The notes beneath the pieces were generated by a model. That model had not been told where the DNA came from. It saw nothing but the letters and a program-made list of their open reading frames with translations, and searched no databases. From NCBI GenBank assembly GCA_965215005.1, contig CBDCCZ010000054.1:192001-256000 (forward strand): DNA of 64,000 nt, read 5' to 3'. The position numbers and the translations under genes are program-made. The DNA comes from Kofleriaceae bacterium. GTDB taxonomy: Bacteria; Myxococcota_A; Polyangia; Haliangiales; Haliangiaceae. The stretch's first letter is position 1; the number at the start of each line of letters is the position of its first letter. Shown one piece after another: positions 44,914 through 55,402 of the stretch.

Positions 44914-47664
44914 TCATTTGCTGGGCTCGCCCGAGCCGGGATCGCCGACCTGCTCGTCGCGGAGGCTTCGAATCAGCGGTACCGCGTTGCTGATGCTCGA
45001 TTCCCCCAGGTCCTCTAGACGTAGCGGCTGCCACCGTTCCTCAGTCTGCGAGCGTACCCTTGGACGCGTGCGCTCGGCAAAATCGTCGTCGAGATTTTCA
45101 CTACCGAGCTCGCGGGTCGCCGCTCGCCGTGGCCCCGGTTCGCCGGGGAGCGCCAGCCTTGGCGGCTCATCGAGCCAAACTTGCCCCGAGCCCTCGGCGA
45201 GGGTGGTCGCAGCCGCGCGGTCATCGTCATCGTCATCGTCATCGTACGCGGGCGGCGCTGCGGTAGGCTGGTGCGGACCCTCGGCCAATGCGCGCACGGT
45301 GCGGCGCACCTCGGCGCGCAGTCGCGGAAACGGCGGGCCTGGCCGCGCCAAGAAGAACCCTTGCCCGTAGCGAACGCCAAGATCGTGGAGCACGAGCAGA
45401 TCGTCGGCGGTCTCGATCCCCTCGGCGATCATCACCGCATCGATGGCGTCAGCGATGCGCCCTAGCGACCGCAGCATCTCGCGTTTCACGGTCGAATGCG
45501 CTACGCCGCGGCTCAGAACATCACTGATTTTGATGAAGTGCGGTCGCAACGCCATCACGGTCTCTAGATTGGAGTGGCGCGTACCGACGTCATCGATGGC
45601 CACACCAAAGCCCATCGCGGTGTAGCGCGCCAGGGCTCGACGAAACATGGTGAAGTTATCGATGGCAAGACGCTCGGTGATCTCGAAGACGATGTTGGCT
45701 GGTGTGAGCGCGGCGGCGGCGAGCAGGTTGGAAATCTCATCTTGAATGAACGCGCTGTCGTAGAACGAAAGCGGCAGCAGGTTGACGAACAACCGGTGCA
45801 CGGGCTCTAGACCTGCCGCTCCGCGCAGCGCGCCGCGAAAGCATTCGCGGTCGAGCTCGAAGGTGAGGTCGACTTCGTCGGCAATGGCAAACAGCGTCGC
45901 AGGCGACTCCATGTTGGTTTGCCGGGGTCCCCGCGTCAGCGCTTCGTAACCGAAGATGGTGCTCGACTCGATGTGCACGATCGGTTGGTAAACCGGCGTG
46001 AGCTCCTCGCCCAGAATGATCTCCTGCAGGCGAGCCTTGTCGCGCTGCGCCGCGCGCTCGTGCGCGAGCTGAGCAGCTCCTTGCGCTTCTTTTATCAACC
46101 GTTCCACCAGCCGCTCGGGACGCGTCATCGAGTTGTTTAGTACCCGCGCATGGCCAACGGTGATGCGCGGCTCATCGCGGATCAGCTCGCGCACCAACGC
46201 AGACAGCGCTGCGTTGATGGCTTCGGCAACGCGGAGCGCGATCTTTTCGAGATCGAAGAGCTCCGCACGCGGCTGCCGGCGCGGCGGCGACAACACGCAG
46301 ACGTAGCCGTCATCATCGTTGGTTCGGCAGATGAGGTCGCCGGTCCGCAGATGCGCTCCGCGCATTCCATCGAGCACCTCGCCAGCGCGATCATAGACTT
46401 CGGCGTGCTGCGCCACGCCGAGCTCGAGCTCGAGCCGGCGCAGCCGCGACAGATCGACATAGAGGCAGTTGATGGCGCGATCACGACGCAGCATGGCGAC
46501 AATCTCGCCGAGCTGTTCATGATAGGTGCGGAAGCGGTCATTTCCGGGCATAGACGGCGGCGTCGGCGCGGGGGCAGCTTCGCCGCTGTTGCTTGCCTCG
46601 CTGTCCTCTGAACGCTGCACGAATACATGAACACAGTTGCGCCCGCTAGCCTTGGCTTCACCCAGCGCTGCGACGGCACGAAGGACCAGCTCTTCTGGCT
46701 GTGCCGCGTCTTCGGGGAACTCGGAGACACCAAAGCTGATCGTTAGGCTGCTGCCGCCTGGCGCTTCACAGCCGGCGATGGCCTCGCGCAGCCGCTCTGC
46801 TTCGGCGGCAGCATCCGGCTTGTTCGTTTCTGGTAACAGCACGGCGAACGTGTCCCCGCCATACCGGGCGGCGATGTCGCTATCGCGCGCCGATTGGTCT
46901 CGCTGCTGCAGCGCGGCGGCAGCGCGCTGCAAGAGCTCATCGCCGCGCCGATAGCCCACCGCCTCATTGACCTGCCCGAATCGATCGATGTTGCCAACCA
47001 GCAGGCTCATCGGTAGCCCGTAGCGCTTCGACCGGACTAGCTCTTCGCTCAGTCGCTCTCGAAACGCGCAATGGTTGTAGAGGCCGGTGAGCGGATCTCT
47101 GTAGGCGCGCGCTTCGAGGTCGCGATTGATGCGCTCGAGCTCACTGCTCGCTGTGAGCAGCTCGCGGCCGCGTTCGTCGAGGCTGCGGACGAGTAGTCGT
47201 TCCTTGGCGAACAGCTCGTCGTTGGCGCGCCGTAAATCGCCCAGGAGCGCGCGATTTTCCCGTTCTAACACGTGGCTATGAACCAGCTGCTCGACCACCT
47301 GTTGCAGCTCAGCGTGCTTCCAGGGCTTCTTGATGACGTAATGGATGTTTCCGGCATTGACCGCCTCGATGACGTTATCGACATCGGCGTAGCCGGTAAT
47401 GAGAACTCGCTTGGCCCTTGGCTGGTGACGAATCGACCGCTGCAGGAGCTCAGCGCCGTTCATTTGCGGCATGCGATAGTCGGAGATGATCAGCGCGAGA
47501 TCCTCCAGTTCCGCGAGCATCTGCAATGCTTGCTCGGGCGCTGATGCAGTGATGATCTCATAGCGGCGGCGCAGAACCCGGGTGAGCAGCTCGAGGTTCA
47601 TGCGCTCGTCATCTACGGCGAGGACTCGAGCGCGCTCCTGAGGTCGTGTTCGGTCCGCCGCCAT
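44914..47664 (-). CDS. REC - degenerate GGDEF - EAL protein
   Basis: REC (ISDYRMP), DPLTGL..RDSD..RYGGDTF, YEALTR, FEITE, IDDVG, AEGIE, QGF. Confidence 0.9.
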   Translation of the reverse strand: MAADRTRPQERARVLAVDDERMNLELLTRVLRRRYEIITASAPEQALQMLAELEDLALIISDYRMPQMNGAELLQRSIRHQPRAKRVLITGYADVDNVIEAVNAGNIHYVIKKPWKHAELQQVVEQLVHSHVLERENRALLGDLRRANDELFAKERLLVRSLDERGRELLTASSELERINRDLEARAYRDPLTGLYNHCAFRERLSEELVRSKRYGLPMSLLVGNIDRFGQVNEAVGYRRGDELLQRAAAALQQRDQSARDSDIAARYGGDTFAVLLPETNKPDAAAEAERLREAIAGCEAPGGSSLTISFGVSEFPEDAAQPEELVLRAVAALGEAKASGRNCVHVFVQRSEDSEASNSGEAAPAPTPPSMPGNDRFRTYHEQLGEIVAMLRRDRAINCLYVDLSRLRRLELELGVAQHAEVYDRAGEVLDGMRGAHLRTGDLICRTNDDDGYVCVLSPPRRQPRAELFDLEKIALRVAEAINAALSALVRELIRDEPRITVGHARVLNNSMTRPERLVERLIKEAQGAAQLAHERAAQRDKARLQEIILGEELTPVYQPIVHIESSTIFGYEALTRGPRQTNMESPATLFAIADEVDLTFELDRECFRGALRGAAGLEPVHRLFVNLLPLSFYDSAFIQDEISNLLAAAALTPANIVFEITERLAIDNFTMFRRALARYTAMGFGVAIDDVGTRHSNLETVMALRPHFIKISDVLSRGVAHSTVKREMLRSLGRIADAIDAVMIAEGIETADDLLVLHDLGVRYGQGFFLARPGPPFPRLRAEVRRTVRALAEGPHQPTAAPPAYDDDDDDDDRAAATTLAEGSGQVWLDEPPRLALPGEPGPRRAATRELGSENLDDDFAERTRPRVRSQTEERWQPLRLEDLGESSISNAVPLIRSLRDEQVGDPGSGEPSK

Positions 47665-47837
47665 CGCTAGTGCGAGTCTAGCGAACGCGCGATGGCGCTA
47701 GAAAGCTACCGATGTAAGCAGCCCTGAGTGGTCCGCGCACCGTCGGCGCGACTTTCATAGCGTTAGGCGGCGCGCCGAAGTTTCTGTTACTGTTGAGCTC
47801 GCTCAGAGGGAGCGGGGAGTGACGAGGAGACGGCAAC

Positions 47838-48884
47838 ATGCCGGCTTTTCGCGGTCCTCCTGAGCCAAACGCCAGCAGCGGGAGACGAATGCGAGGCAAG
47901 CGCATACTGTTTTTCGATCCGGACCCAGGTGCACGGCGCATCGCGGAGCGCGCGCTCATCGCGACTGGTTCCGAGGTTGAATCGGCTCGCGATCCCGAGC
48001 ACTTGCTCTCGCTCGTGGAGCACAACGGTTGGGACCTCATGATGATCAACTTCGACCCGCCGTTGCGCGACGATCCTCGCTGGGTCGAAACCTTCAACAC
48101 GATCGAGCAGCGCTGGCCACGCACGAAGCTCGTGCTGCACGCCACCGCCTCGACCGAGGACTATTTGCCGCTGATGAAGCAACGCAGCTTCGTGCGCAAC
48201 ATGATCGCCAAGAACGATGATCCGCTCGAGCCCGACGAGCTCATCATCACCGCCGAGAAGCTGTTACGACAAGACCTGTTCGGGCTGCAGAAGTATCTGC
48301 TCTGGGGCGTCGAGCCCTACTGCGTGCGCATCAAAGACTCGCGGCTCAAGCAGGATTACATCAACGAAGTTGCTCGCTACGCGGCTCAGCTGGGTTGCAA
48401 CAGCCGTACAGTAGAGATGGTCGAGACCATCGTCGACGAGCTGGTGACCAACGCTATCTACAATGCGCCCCGCGATGCCGAAGGCAATGCGAAGTACGCC
48501 AAGATGTCGCGCCGCGACGCGGTGGTGCTCGAAGAGCGCGAGGAGGCCGAGCTGCAGTTTGCGTGCGACGGCGAGTTCATCGCGGTGGCGCAGATCGATC
48601 CTTTTGGCTCGCTGCGACAGGAGACCGTCGTTGGGTATCTCAATCGCTGCCTCGTAAAAGGCCCCGAGCAGTTCTCTGAAGCATCCGGTGGGGCCGGCAT
48701 TGGCTTGTTTCGGGTGTTCCAGTCGCTATCGAAGTTCGTCATCAATATCGATCCTGGCAAGAAGACCGAGGTGATCAGCCTGGTCGACTTGCGGCTCAGC
48801 ATGAAACGCTTCCGCCAGGCAGCGAAGTCATTTCACATCTTCGTCGCAGAGAGCGATGCAGCGACGGCACCTCTCACCCGATAG
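47838..48884 (+). CDS. Atypical receiver plus RsbW-like HATPase (putative Ser kinase)
   Basis: [12 protein letters not shown]-box, GGAGIGL G-box, no HisKA domain. Confidence 0.7.
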   Translation: MPAFRGPPEPNASSGRRMRGKRILFFDPDPGARRIAERALIATGSEVESARDPEHLLSLVEHNGWDLMMINFDPPLRDDPRWVETFNTIEQRWPRTKLVLHATASTEDYLPLMKQRSFVRNMIAKNDDPLEPDELIITAEKLLRQDLFGLQKYLLWGVEPYCVRIKDSRLKQDYINEVARYAAQLGCNSRTVEMVETIVDELVTNAIYNAPRDAEGNAKYAKMSRRDAVVLEEREEAELQFACDGEFIAVAQIDPFGSLRQETVVGYLNRCLVKGPEQFSEASGGAGIGLFRVFQSLSKFVINIDPGKKTEVISLVDLRLSMKRFRQAAKSFHIFVAESDAATAPLTR

Positions 48885-48892
48885 GTTCTCCG

Positions 48893-49396
48893 ATGCCCAG
48901 CACAACGAACTTTCAGATCGAGGTCCGGGATAGCGGCGGCAAACAGACCTTCTTCATTTCGGGTGTGATCGATGAGAACTCCGACCTCAGTCCGCTCCAG
49001 CGGCTCACCGCAGCGGAGGTCGAGCTCAACATGCGAGGCGTGCGCCGTATCAACTCGTTTGGGGTTCGCGCGTGGGTAGACGTGATTCGCAGCGTCCCGT
49101 CGACCACGCATTTGGTGTTCGTCGAGTGTCCGTCTCCAGTCATCGATCAGTGCAACATGGTGGGTGGGTTTCTCGGCCACGGCGCGCTGCGTTCGTTCTA
49201 TGCGCCGCTCATTTGTGAGGAGTGTGATGAGCAGGTCGACCAGCTGTTCGCGACGCAGGTGTGTCGCGAGCTCGGCGGAAAATTGCCAGCGGTACCCTGC
49301 GATCGATGCGGCGAGCCGATGGAGGTCGATGACCTCGAAGAGCAATATCTTTTATTCCTCCGGGAGGAAGTGAAGTCGCTCGAGCCCGCGCCGTAG
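48893..49396 (+). CDS. STAS-like domain protein with C-terminal Zn ribbon
   Basis: ISGVIDE, VRRINSFGV, CEEC..CDRC. Confidence 0.75.
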   Translation: MPSTTNFQIEVRDSGGKQTFFISGVIDENSDLSPLQRLTAAEVELNMRGVRRINSFGVRAWVDVIRSVPSTTHLVFVECPSPVIDQCNMVGGFLGHGALRSFYAPLICEECDEQVDQLFATQVCRELGGKLPAVPCDRCGEPMEVDDLEEQYLLFLREEVKSLEPAP

Positions 49397-49411
49397 GCGG
49401 CGACGAATTTA

Positions 49412-50581
49412 CTAAAAGCCCAGCAGCGCCGTTCCCGACAGTCGCTCGAACAGCCAGATCATTCCGAGCACTGCGAGCACGAGCGAGCCACTGATCACGA
49501 TCCAGCGATGATATGCGCGCGGCGCGCGGCGGGCGCAGGCAATCAGCAGCGGCAGGACCACGAGCACGATGCAGAGCTGGCCAAGCTCGACCCCGAGGTT
49601 AAAGGCCAGGAGCGGAACCAGGACGTCGTCGGGCGGCAACATGACTTCGAGCATCGAGGCAAAGCCGACACCGTGAATCAAGCCGAGACCAAACGTGAGT
49701 AGCCAACGACTCGAGGCGTTTGGACGCCAGAGGTTCTCGATCGCCACGTAGACGATAGAAAGCGCGATGGCGCTCTCGACGAGCATGCTCGGCAGCCGAA
49801 TCCACCCGAGCGAGGCGGCGATGAGGGTGAGGGAGTGCGCGACGGTAAACGAGGTGACGATCGCGAGAGTGTCGGACAGCGCGGCGCGCAGGCTTCTCGA
49901 GCGCCAACGATGCTCGCGCCGCTCGACCGTGATGCCGACGAGCAGCGCGAGCAGGAACGCCAGGTGATCGAAGCCGAGGACGATGTGCAAAACGCCGCTC
50001 TTCACGAACCCCGCAAAGAAGCGCGGCGGTGGGCTGCCGAGCTCCCAAACGAAGCGCGCGTGACCATCGGTTAGCTCGGCCACGGCAGGCTCATGCCCAG
50101 GTACCGTTACCTGCAGCACCGCCGTGTGGCTCGGGTCGAGATCAAAGAAGAGCTGCTGCTCGATCACGAGGATCTCGATCGGCTCCGGGCAAGCGGCCGT
50201 CCAGCTGAGCTCGACGAGTGGGCCGTCGATGAAGATCGCTTGGTGCGGTGTGAGCGGGCAAGGCAGCTCGCCGTTCTGAATGACGATATGTTCGCTCGCA
50301 TAGCGCAGCGCTTCCATCTCGCGTTGCGCTAAAACGGCCTCGGTGAGCTCGCTATCACCGAGCTCCAGCGCGATGGCGAGCTCGCCAGGACTTACCAGGA
50401 CCCGATAGGAAACGCTGCGGCGATCCGCTGCGACGTCGGCGGTTGCGTGAGTGGCCGCGATTTCATGGGCCTCTGTCGAGCTTGCGCCCAGCAGGATGGC
50501 AACGGCGATGAGCATCGGCGCCCGAGATGCGAAGAACACGGCCGGCAATCCTGCAGAGCGCAACAACGCGATTGAGCGCAT
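49412..50581 (-). CDS. HupE/UreJ family membrane protein
   Basis: HIVLGFDHLAFL, SFTVAHSLTL, GLIHGVGFA, FNLGVELGQ. Confidence 0.9.
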   Translation of the reverse strand: MRSIALLRSAGLPAVFFASRAPMLIAVAILLGASSTEAHEIAATHATADVAADRRSVSYRVLVSPGELAIALELGDSELTEAVLAQREMEALRYASEHIVIQNGELPCPLTPHQAIFIDGPLVELSWTAACPEPIEILVIEQQLFFDLDPSHTAVLQVTVPGHEPAVAELTDGHARFVWELGSPPPRFFAGFVKSGVLHIVLGFDHLAFLLALLVGITVERREHRWRSRSLRAALSDTLAIVTSFTVAHSLTLIAASLGWIRLPSMLVESAIALSIVYVAIENLWRPNASSRWLLTFGLGLIHGVGFASMLEVMLPPDDVLVPLLAFNLGVELGQLCIVLVVLPLLIACARRAPRAYHRWIVISGSLVLAVLGMIWLFERLSGTALLGF

Positions 50582-50627
50582 CCCGCCAGCGTATCTGCTT
50601 TGCCGAGCTTGGTGTATCTTTGGCGCG

Positions 50628-52067
50628 ATGAGCGAGAAACCCGTGGTAGTAATCCTCGCCGCCGGTCTCGGTACCAGGATGAAGAGCGAGACCGCCAAGG
50701 TCTTGCATGAGGTCGCCGGCCGACCGTTGATTCATTGGGCGGTCGAAACCGCGCGCGAAGCGGGTGCGGAACGCGTGGTCGCAATCCTTGGTCATCAGCA
50801 TGAGTTGGTGAAGCAGTCGCTAGATGCGCGCTACGGCAACGACTCGATCACCATCGCCCTGCAGCTCGAGCAAAACGGCACCGGTCATGCGGTGCAGTGC
50901 GCATTGCCGGCTTTGCAGGGTGAGCCCGATGATCGCATCGTCGTTATCCTCACCGGTGACGCACCCTTGCTCCGTGCGGAGCGCGTTCGGGAGCTCGTGC
51001 AGGCATGCGCGGGGGCGCAATCGGGGCTGGCGCTGCTCTCGACGCATCCTTCGCGACAAGTTGCCTACGGGCGCCTCGTTCGCGACGAGCACGGTCGGCT
51101 GCTGCGGATCGTCGAGCACAAAGATGCGACCGCCGAGCAGCGGGAGATCGCCGAGATGAACGCCGGCTTCTATGCGGTGCGCCTCGGCCACTTACGAGCC
51201 GACCTCGCCACCCTCGATGCCAACAATGCGCAAGGCGAGCTGTATTTGACCGACCTTGCGGCAAACGCGGCCGAGCGCGGCGGTGCGGCGGTCGCCGATG
51301 CCCCCTTCGAAGAAGTCTCGGGAATCAATGATCGGATCGATCTCGCCGAGGTGAGCCGCGTGGCCCGCGCGCGGATCAACGCCGCGTGGATGCGCGAAGG
51401 CGTCACCATGGTCGATCCCACTTCCTGCTTCATCGATGCCGACGTCGGTCCGATCGGTCGAGACACGTGGCTAGGCCCCGGCGTCCATCTGCGCGGAGCC
51501 ACCAGTATCGGTGAGGGCGCGCGCATCGACGTCGGTTGCGTGCTCACCGATGCCGAGCTCGATGCTGGCGTCTATCTCAAGCCCTACAGCGTGCTATCAG
51601 AAGCAAGCCTCGGCCCGAATGCCGAGGTGGGCCCCTTTAGCCACTGTCGTCCCGGCACCCGCCTCGATGAGAACGCCAAGCTCGGCAACTTTGTCGAGAC
51701 CAAGAAGACCCACCTCATGGCGGGCGCCAAGGCCAATCATCTGGCCTATCTCGGAGATGCCTCGGTCGGCGCTAGAGCCAACATCGGCGCCGGAACCATC
51801 ACCTGCAACTACGACGGCTTTCACAAACATCGCACCAACATCGAAGCAGGTGCCTTCATCGGCTCTGACAGTCAGCTGGTCGCGCCGGTTACCATCGGCC
51901 GCGACGCGTATGTCGGCTCCGGCACCACCGTCACCCGCGATGTCCCGCGATCCGCGCTCGCGCTGTCGCGCGTCAAGCAGGTGAACGTCGATGGCTGGGC
52001 CGATCGCTTTCGCGAGGCGCAAGCCAAACGCGGCACGCGTCGCGACAAAGACGACGGCTCGACGTGA
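50628..52067 (+). CDS. glmU: Bifunctional UDP-GlcNAc pyrophosphorylase / glucosamine-1-P acetyltransferase
   Basis: LAAGLGTRMKS, GTGHA, NAQGELYLTD, GNFVETK, HLAYLGD, ITCNYDG. Confidence 0.97.
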   Translation: MSEKPVVVILAAGLGTRMKSETAKVLHEVAGRPLIHWAVETAREAGAERVVAILGHQHELVKQSLDARYGNDSITIALQLEQNGTGHAVQCALPALQGEPDDRIVVILTGDAPLLRAERVRELVQACAGAQSGLALLSTHPSRQVAYGRLVRDEHGRLLRIVEHKDATAEQREIAEMNAGFYAVRLGHLRADLATLDANNAQGELYLTDLAANAAERGGAAVADAPFEEVSGINDRIDLAEVSRVARARINAAWMREGVTMVDPTSCFIDADVGPIGRDTWLGPGVHLRGATSIGEGARIDVGCVLTDAELDAGVYLKPYSVLSEASLGPNAEVGPFSHCRPGTRLDENAKLGNFVETKKTHLMAGAKANHLAYLGDASVGARANIGAGTITCNYDGFHKHRTNIEAGAFIGSDSQLVAPVTIGRDAYVGSGTTVTRDVPRSALALSRVKQVNVDGWADRFREAQAKRGTRRDKDDGST

Positions 52068-53053
52068 ATCGAGCTGCCGCGGCAATATTGGCTATGGCAC
52101 TGTGCGCTGGGTGCCCCCCCGACGAGCGCAGCAAACGGGTTGCCGAGCCGCCTGCCGAGCCGAAGTCGATGGCCACACCGCTGCCGCCGGGCGACGCGGC
52201 AGGGCCAACGCCGGCGTGGATGGTGCTGCTGCCGCATGAGCCCGGCATGAGCGTCTTGCAAGTGAGCGCCGGACCGCTGGTGATGGCAGGCGTCGCGATC
52301 GTCGCTTCGAGCTCGATTGGGTTCGTCGGCGTGCGTGTTAGCGATGGCGAGGTGCTTTGGCGGCAACGCGGCGAGGAGCGGCCGGAAGCGCCCGAGCAAC
52401 ACGGCGAGCTGGCCTGGCTCATCGGCCAGTGCATCTATTTGGTGCCCGAGTTGCCGCCGCCGCCGGAGCGGGGCGTGCGCGGCTGCGTGACCATCGTCGA
52501 GCCGAAATCGGGCGCGATCGAGCTGCGGCAGTGGCTCGAGGGCGATCCGCCGGTGCCGCCGATGGGCCTGCCCACCACCGCAATCGAGCTCGACGGTAAA
52601 ACCGTGCGAGCGGCCGATGAGACGCTGCTGGTCGATGAGCGCCCGGTACAGCTTTCCGGCCGCTTCGCAACTGTGCCGGGCACGTTGGCGCCTGGGCCAC
52701 GCCCGCAAACTGTGATTGCAGTGGACCAACGCGGCGGTATCGGGCCCGTCATCGTCGATCTGTCCATCGCGTCCATCGTTCACGCCGGCGACCGCGTTCC
52801 AGCGGTGCAGGTGCTGTCCGCAGCGACCGGTGCTGCCGGCGACATGGCGCTGGCGTTGCGTCTCGATGGCTCGCTGATGAACGATGAGGTCGCCTACTTC
52901 GATGCCAAAGGTGCCTTGATTTGGCGCTGGCCGTTACCACGCCCGCAAAAGCCACGTCTCGAGCCGGTGGGGTTGGCGCTGGTGCCCGATGGGGTGGTGG
53001 TCTTTTGGGAAGGCAACCGCTTGGCCAAGCTACCCACGGTTGAAGGGTCCTGA
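52064..53053 (+). CDS. Hypothetical lipoprotein, beta-propeller-like
   Basis: CAGC lipobox; DGEVLW and GALIW motifs; overlaps the glmU stop. Confidence 0.6.
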   Translation: MNRAAAAILAMALCAGCPPDERSKRVAEPPAEPKSMATPLPPGDAAGPTPAWMVLLPHEPGMSVLQVSAGPLVMAGVAIVASSSIGFVGVRVSDGEVLWRQRGEERPEAPEQHGELAWLIGQCIYLVPELPPPPERGVRGCVTIVEPKSGAIELRQWLEGDPPVPPMGLPTTAIELDGKTVRAADETLLVDERPVQLSGRFATVPGTLAPGPRPQTVIAVDQRGGIGPVIVDLSIASIVHAGDRVPAVQVLSAATGAAGDMALALRLDGSLMNDEVAYFDAKGALIWRWPLPRPQKPRLEPVGLALVPDGVVVFWEGNRLAKLPTVEGS

Positions 53054-53222
53054 AAGCCGCCTCGCACGCCCTCACCGGGCTCTCGAGTGATGGAACCTCT
53101 ATCGAAGCAAATCAGGGGGTTACGCTCCATGGACATGCTTGACGGCCTTTGGCGCGGCGCGGTACAACGTCGGCGCCTGACCCACAGGTCACCCGTTTCA
53201 CAAACTCGCGAAGGACAGACGA

Positions 53223-53576
53223 ATGGCCAATATGCCCAAGGACGCACAGGAGCTCTTTGACGTACAGGTTCCCAAGGCGCTCCAGGAGCACCCGGACAAG
53301 GCGAAGGAAGTCAACGCCATCTACACGTTCAAGATCACGGGCGAGGGCGGCGGCGAGTGGACTTGCGACTTGACCGCAGACCCGCCGACCTGCGTCAAAG
53401 GTGAATCTGGCAACGCCCAGTGCACCATTGAAGTCGCTCACGACGACTTCAAGACCATGCTGTCGGATCCGCAGGCCGGAATGCAGCTCTATTTCCAGGG
53501 CAAGCTCAAGGTCTCTGGCGATCCAATGCTCGCCACGAAGCTGCAGCAGTTCTTCGATATGGCGGCTCAAGGCTAA
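53223..53576 (+). CDS. SCP2 sterol/lipid-binding domain protein
   Basis: F.ITGEGGGEW, YFQGKLKVSGD.MLA.KL. Confidence 0.92.
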   Translation: MANMPKDAQELFDVQVPKALQEHPDKAKEVNAIYTFKITGEGGGEWTCDLTADPPTCVKGESGNAQCTIEVAHDDFKTMLSDPQAGMQLYFQGKLKVSGDPMLATKLQQFFDMAAQG

Positions 53577-53676
53577 GCGCATCGCTTCGCAGGCAACGCG
53601 AGACTGCGTTGCTCAGTGGCTACGCAACGGGTGGTTAGCGCGCTGCTGACCGCCCGTTTTTGCATCTGGAGTCGAT

Positions 53677-54837
53677 ATGACTGCCAAGCGACCGCTCGAT
53701 GGTATTCGGGTCCTCGACCTATCCCGGTTGTTGCCAGGGCCGTATCTCACCATGACGCTCGGCGACATGGGCGCCGACGTCGTCAAGGTCGAGGCGCCGG
53801 TCATTGGCGACTACATGCGGCAGATGCCGCCGTGCAAACAGGACCTCTCGGGAAGGTTCTTGTCCGTCAATCGCAACAAGCGGTCCTTGGTGCTCGACCT
53901 CAAAACCGACACCGGCCGCGAAACGTTCTTGCGGATGGTTGAGCGGGCGGACGTGGTGGTAGAGAGCTTTCGACCCGGCGTGATCGACCGCCTCGGAATC
54001 GGTTATGAGGCGATGCGCGAGCGCCGGCGCGACATCATCGTGTGCTCGATCTCCGGCTTCGGACAGAGTGGTCCATATCGCGAGCGCGCAGGTCACGACT
54101 TGAACTACGTCGCTCTGAGTGGAGTGTTGGCCATGGGCGGGGAGCGCGCGGGCGCACCGGCCATGCCCGGAGTGCAAATCGCCGATCTCGCTGGCGGTGC
54201 TCTGTGGAGCGCTACGGCCATTTTGGCTGCATTGGTCGGTCGCGAGCGCGGCGCCGGAGGCGCGCACCTCGATATCTCCATGACCGAAGGTGCGATGGCG
54301 CTGCTCGCCGCTGAGCTCGGCAACGCCGACTGCGGCATCGAGCCGCCAACCCGCGGCACTCAAATCCTCAACGGTGGCCTCGCTTGCTACAGCATCTACG
54401 AGACTGCAGACGGCAAGTATCTCGCCGTTGGCGCCTTAGAGCCAAAATTCTGGCTCGCGTTCAATCAGGCGATCGGTCGCCGCGGTGACTCCTCGGAGGT
54501 CATTGCACCGCCCGCGCAGCAAGAGGTGATTCGCAGCGAGGTGGCTGCGGTGTTGCGCGGCAAGACGCAACGAGAGTGGGCGCATATCTTCTCGGAAGTC
54601 GATTGCTGCACTGAGCCGGTGCTCGAGCTCGAGGAGCTCGAGGAGCACCCCGTGCATCGCGACCGAGCCGCGTTCTTCACCATCGATGGCGGATCGCTGG
54701 GGCCCGTGAAGCAGCTGCGCACGCCAGTCGGCCGGCGGGCGGAGAATCATCTACCGCCCCGGTTGGGGGAACATAGCGCTGCGGTGCTGTCCGACTACGG
54801 ATTCACCGACGACGAGATCCGCATCATCACGGAGTAA
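53677..54837 (+). CDS. CaiB/BaiF family CoA transferase (AMACR-like)
   Basis: [34 protein letters not shown]. Confidence 0.92.
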   Translation: MTAKRPLDGIRVLDLSRLLPGPYLTMTLGDMGADVVKVEAPVIGDYMRQMPPCKQDLSGRFLSVNRNKRSLVLDLKTDTGRETFLRMVERADVVVESFRPGVIDRLGIGYEAMRERRRDIIVCSISGFGQSGPYRERAGHDLNYVALSGVLAMGGERAGAPAMPGVQIADLAGGALWSATAILAALVGRERGAGGAHLDISMTEGAMALLAAELGNADCGIEPPTRGTQILNGGLACYSIYETADGKYLAVGALEPKFWLAFNQAIGRRGDSSEVIAPPAQQEVIRSEVAAVLRGKTQREWAHIFSEVDCCTEPVLELEELEEHPVHRDRAAFFTIDGGSLGPVKQLRTPVGRRAENHLPPRLGEHSAAVLSDYGFTDDEIRIITE

Positions 54838-54858
54838 CGCGGCTACACTGCACCGCCG

Positions 54859-55146
54859 CTACTCGAGCTGCGCCACAGACTGTCTCTGGCGATCCCGGAT
54901 GATCATGACCACCGAAGGAACGAACCCTGCGGTGATGAGAGCGAACAACGCGACGCTCGACCACGATATCGGCCCGGTGATCCGGGATGCCCCCGAGATG
55001 AGGCTGGCGTGCTCAACTCGGTGATGGGCGACGATACTCGGAGGTTCGTCTGCGTTGGCAGGGTCATCACCTCCGCTGGCGGACCCAAGGGTCAACGCGA
55101 GCGCGACGGCGACGAAGAGACCAGCAATAGCGGTGCGTAACGGCAT
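54859..55146 (-). CDS. Small membrane protein
   Basis: AGGAG SD, signal-like N-terminus and C-terminal TM. Confidence 0.55.
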   Translation of the reverse strand: MPLRTAIAGLFVAVALALTLGSASGGDDPANADEPPSIVAHHRVEHASLISGASRITGPISWSSVALFALITAGFVPSVVMIIRDRQRQSVAQLE

Positions 55147-55402
55147 CTCCTAGTGCGGACATTCTATGCGGTCTCAGCGTTCCCGCAAGAGCGAAACATC
55201 ACGGGCAGATCCCGCTGTATTCCCGCAGGGTTCGGCTTCTCGCGGTGAATTTGGAGTACGCTGCAAAACGCTGCCTTGGCTGCGGCGAGGCCCCAATCGC
55301 GGCTCCGGCTGCCCCTGCCGCGACCAGACTCGTGATAGATGTGACTCGGTAAAGGATCATTTTGGCGGCACCCAAACGTTGCCTGCTGAGGAGATTGAAG
55401 GC

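Noticed and set aside
55180..55244. TCCCGC short repeats upstream of pal
   Set aside because: Short, irregularly spaced, and expected by chance at this GC content.
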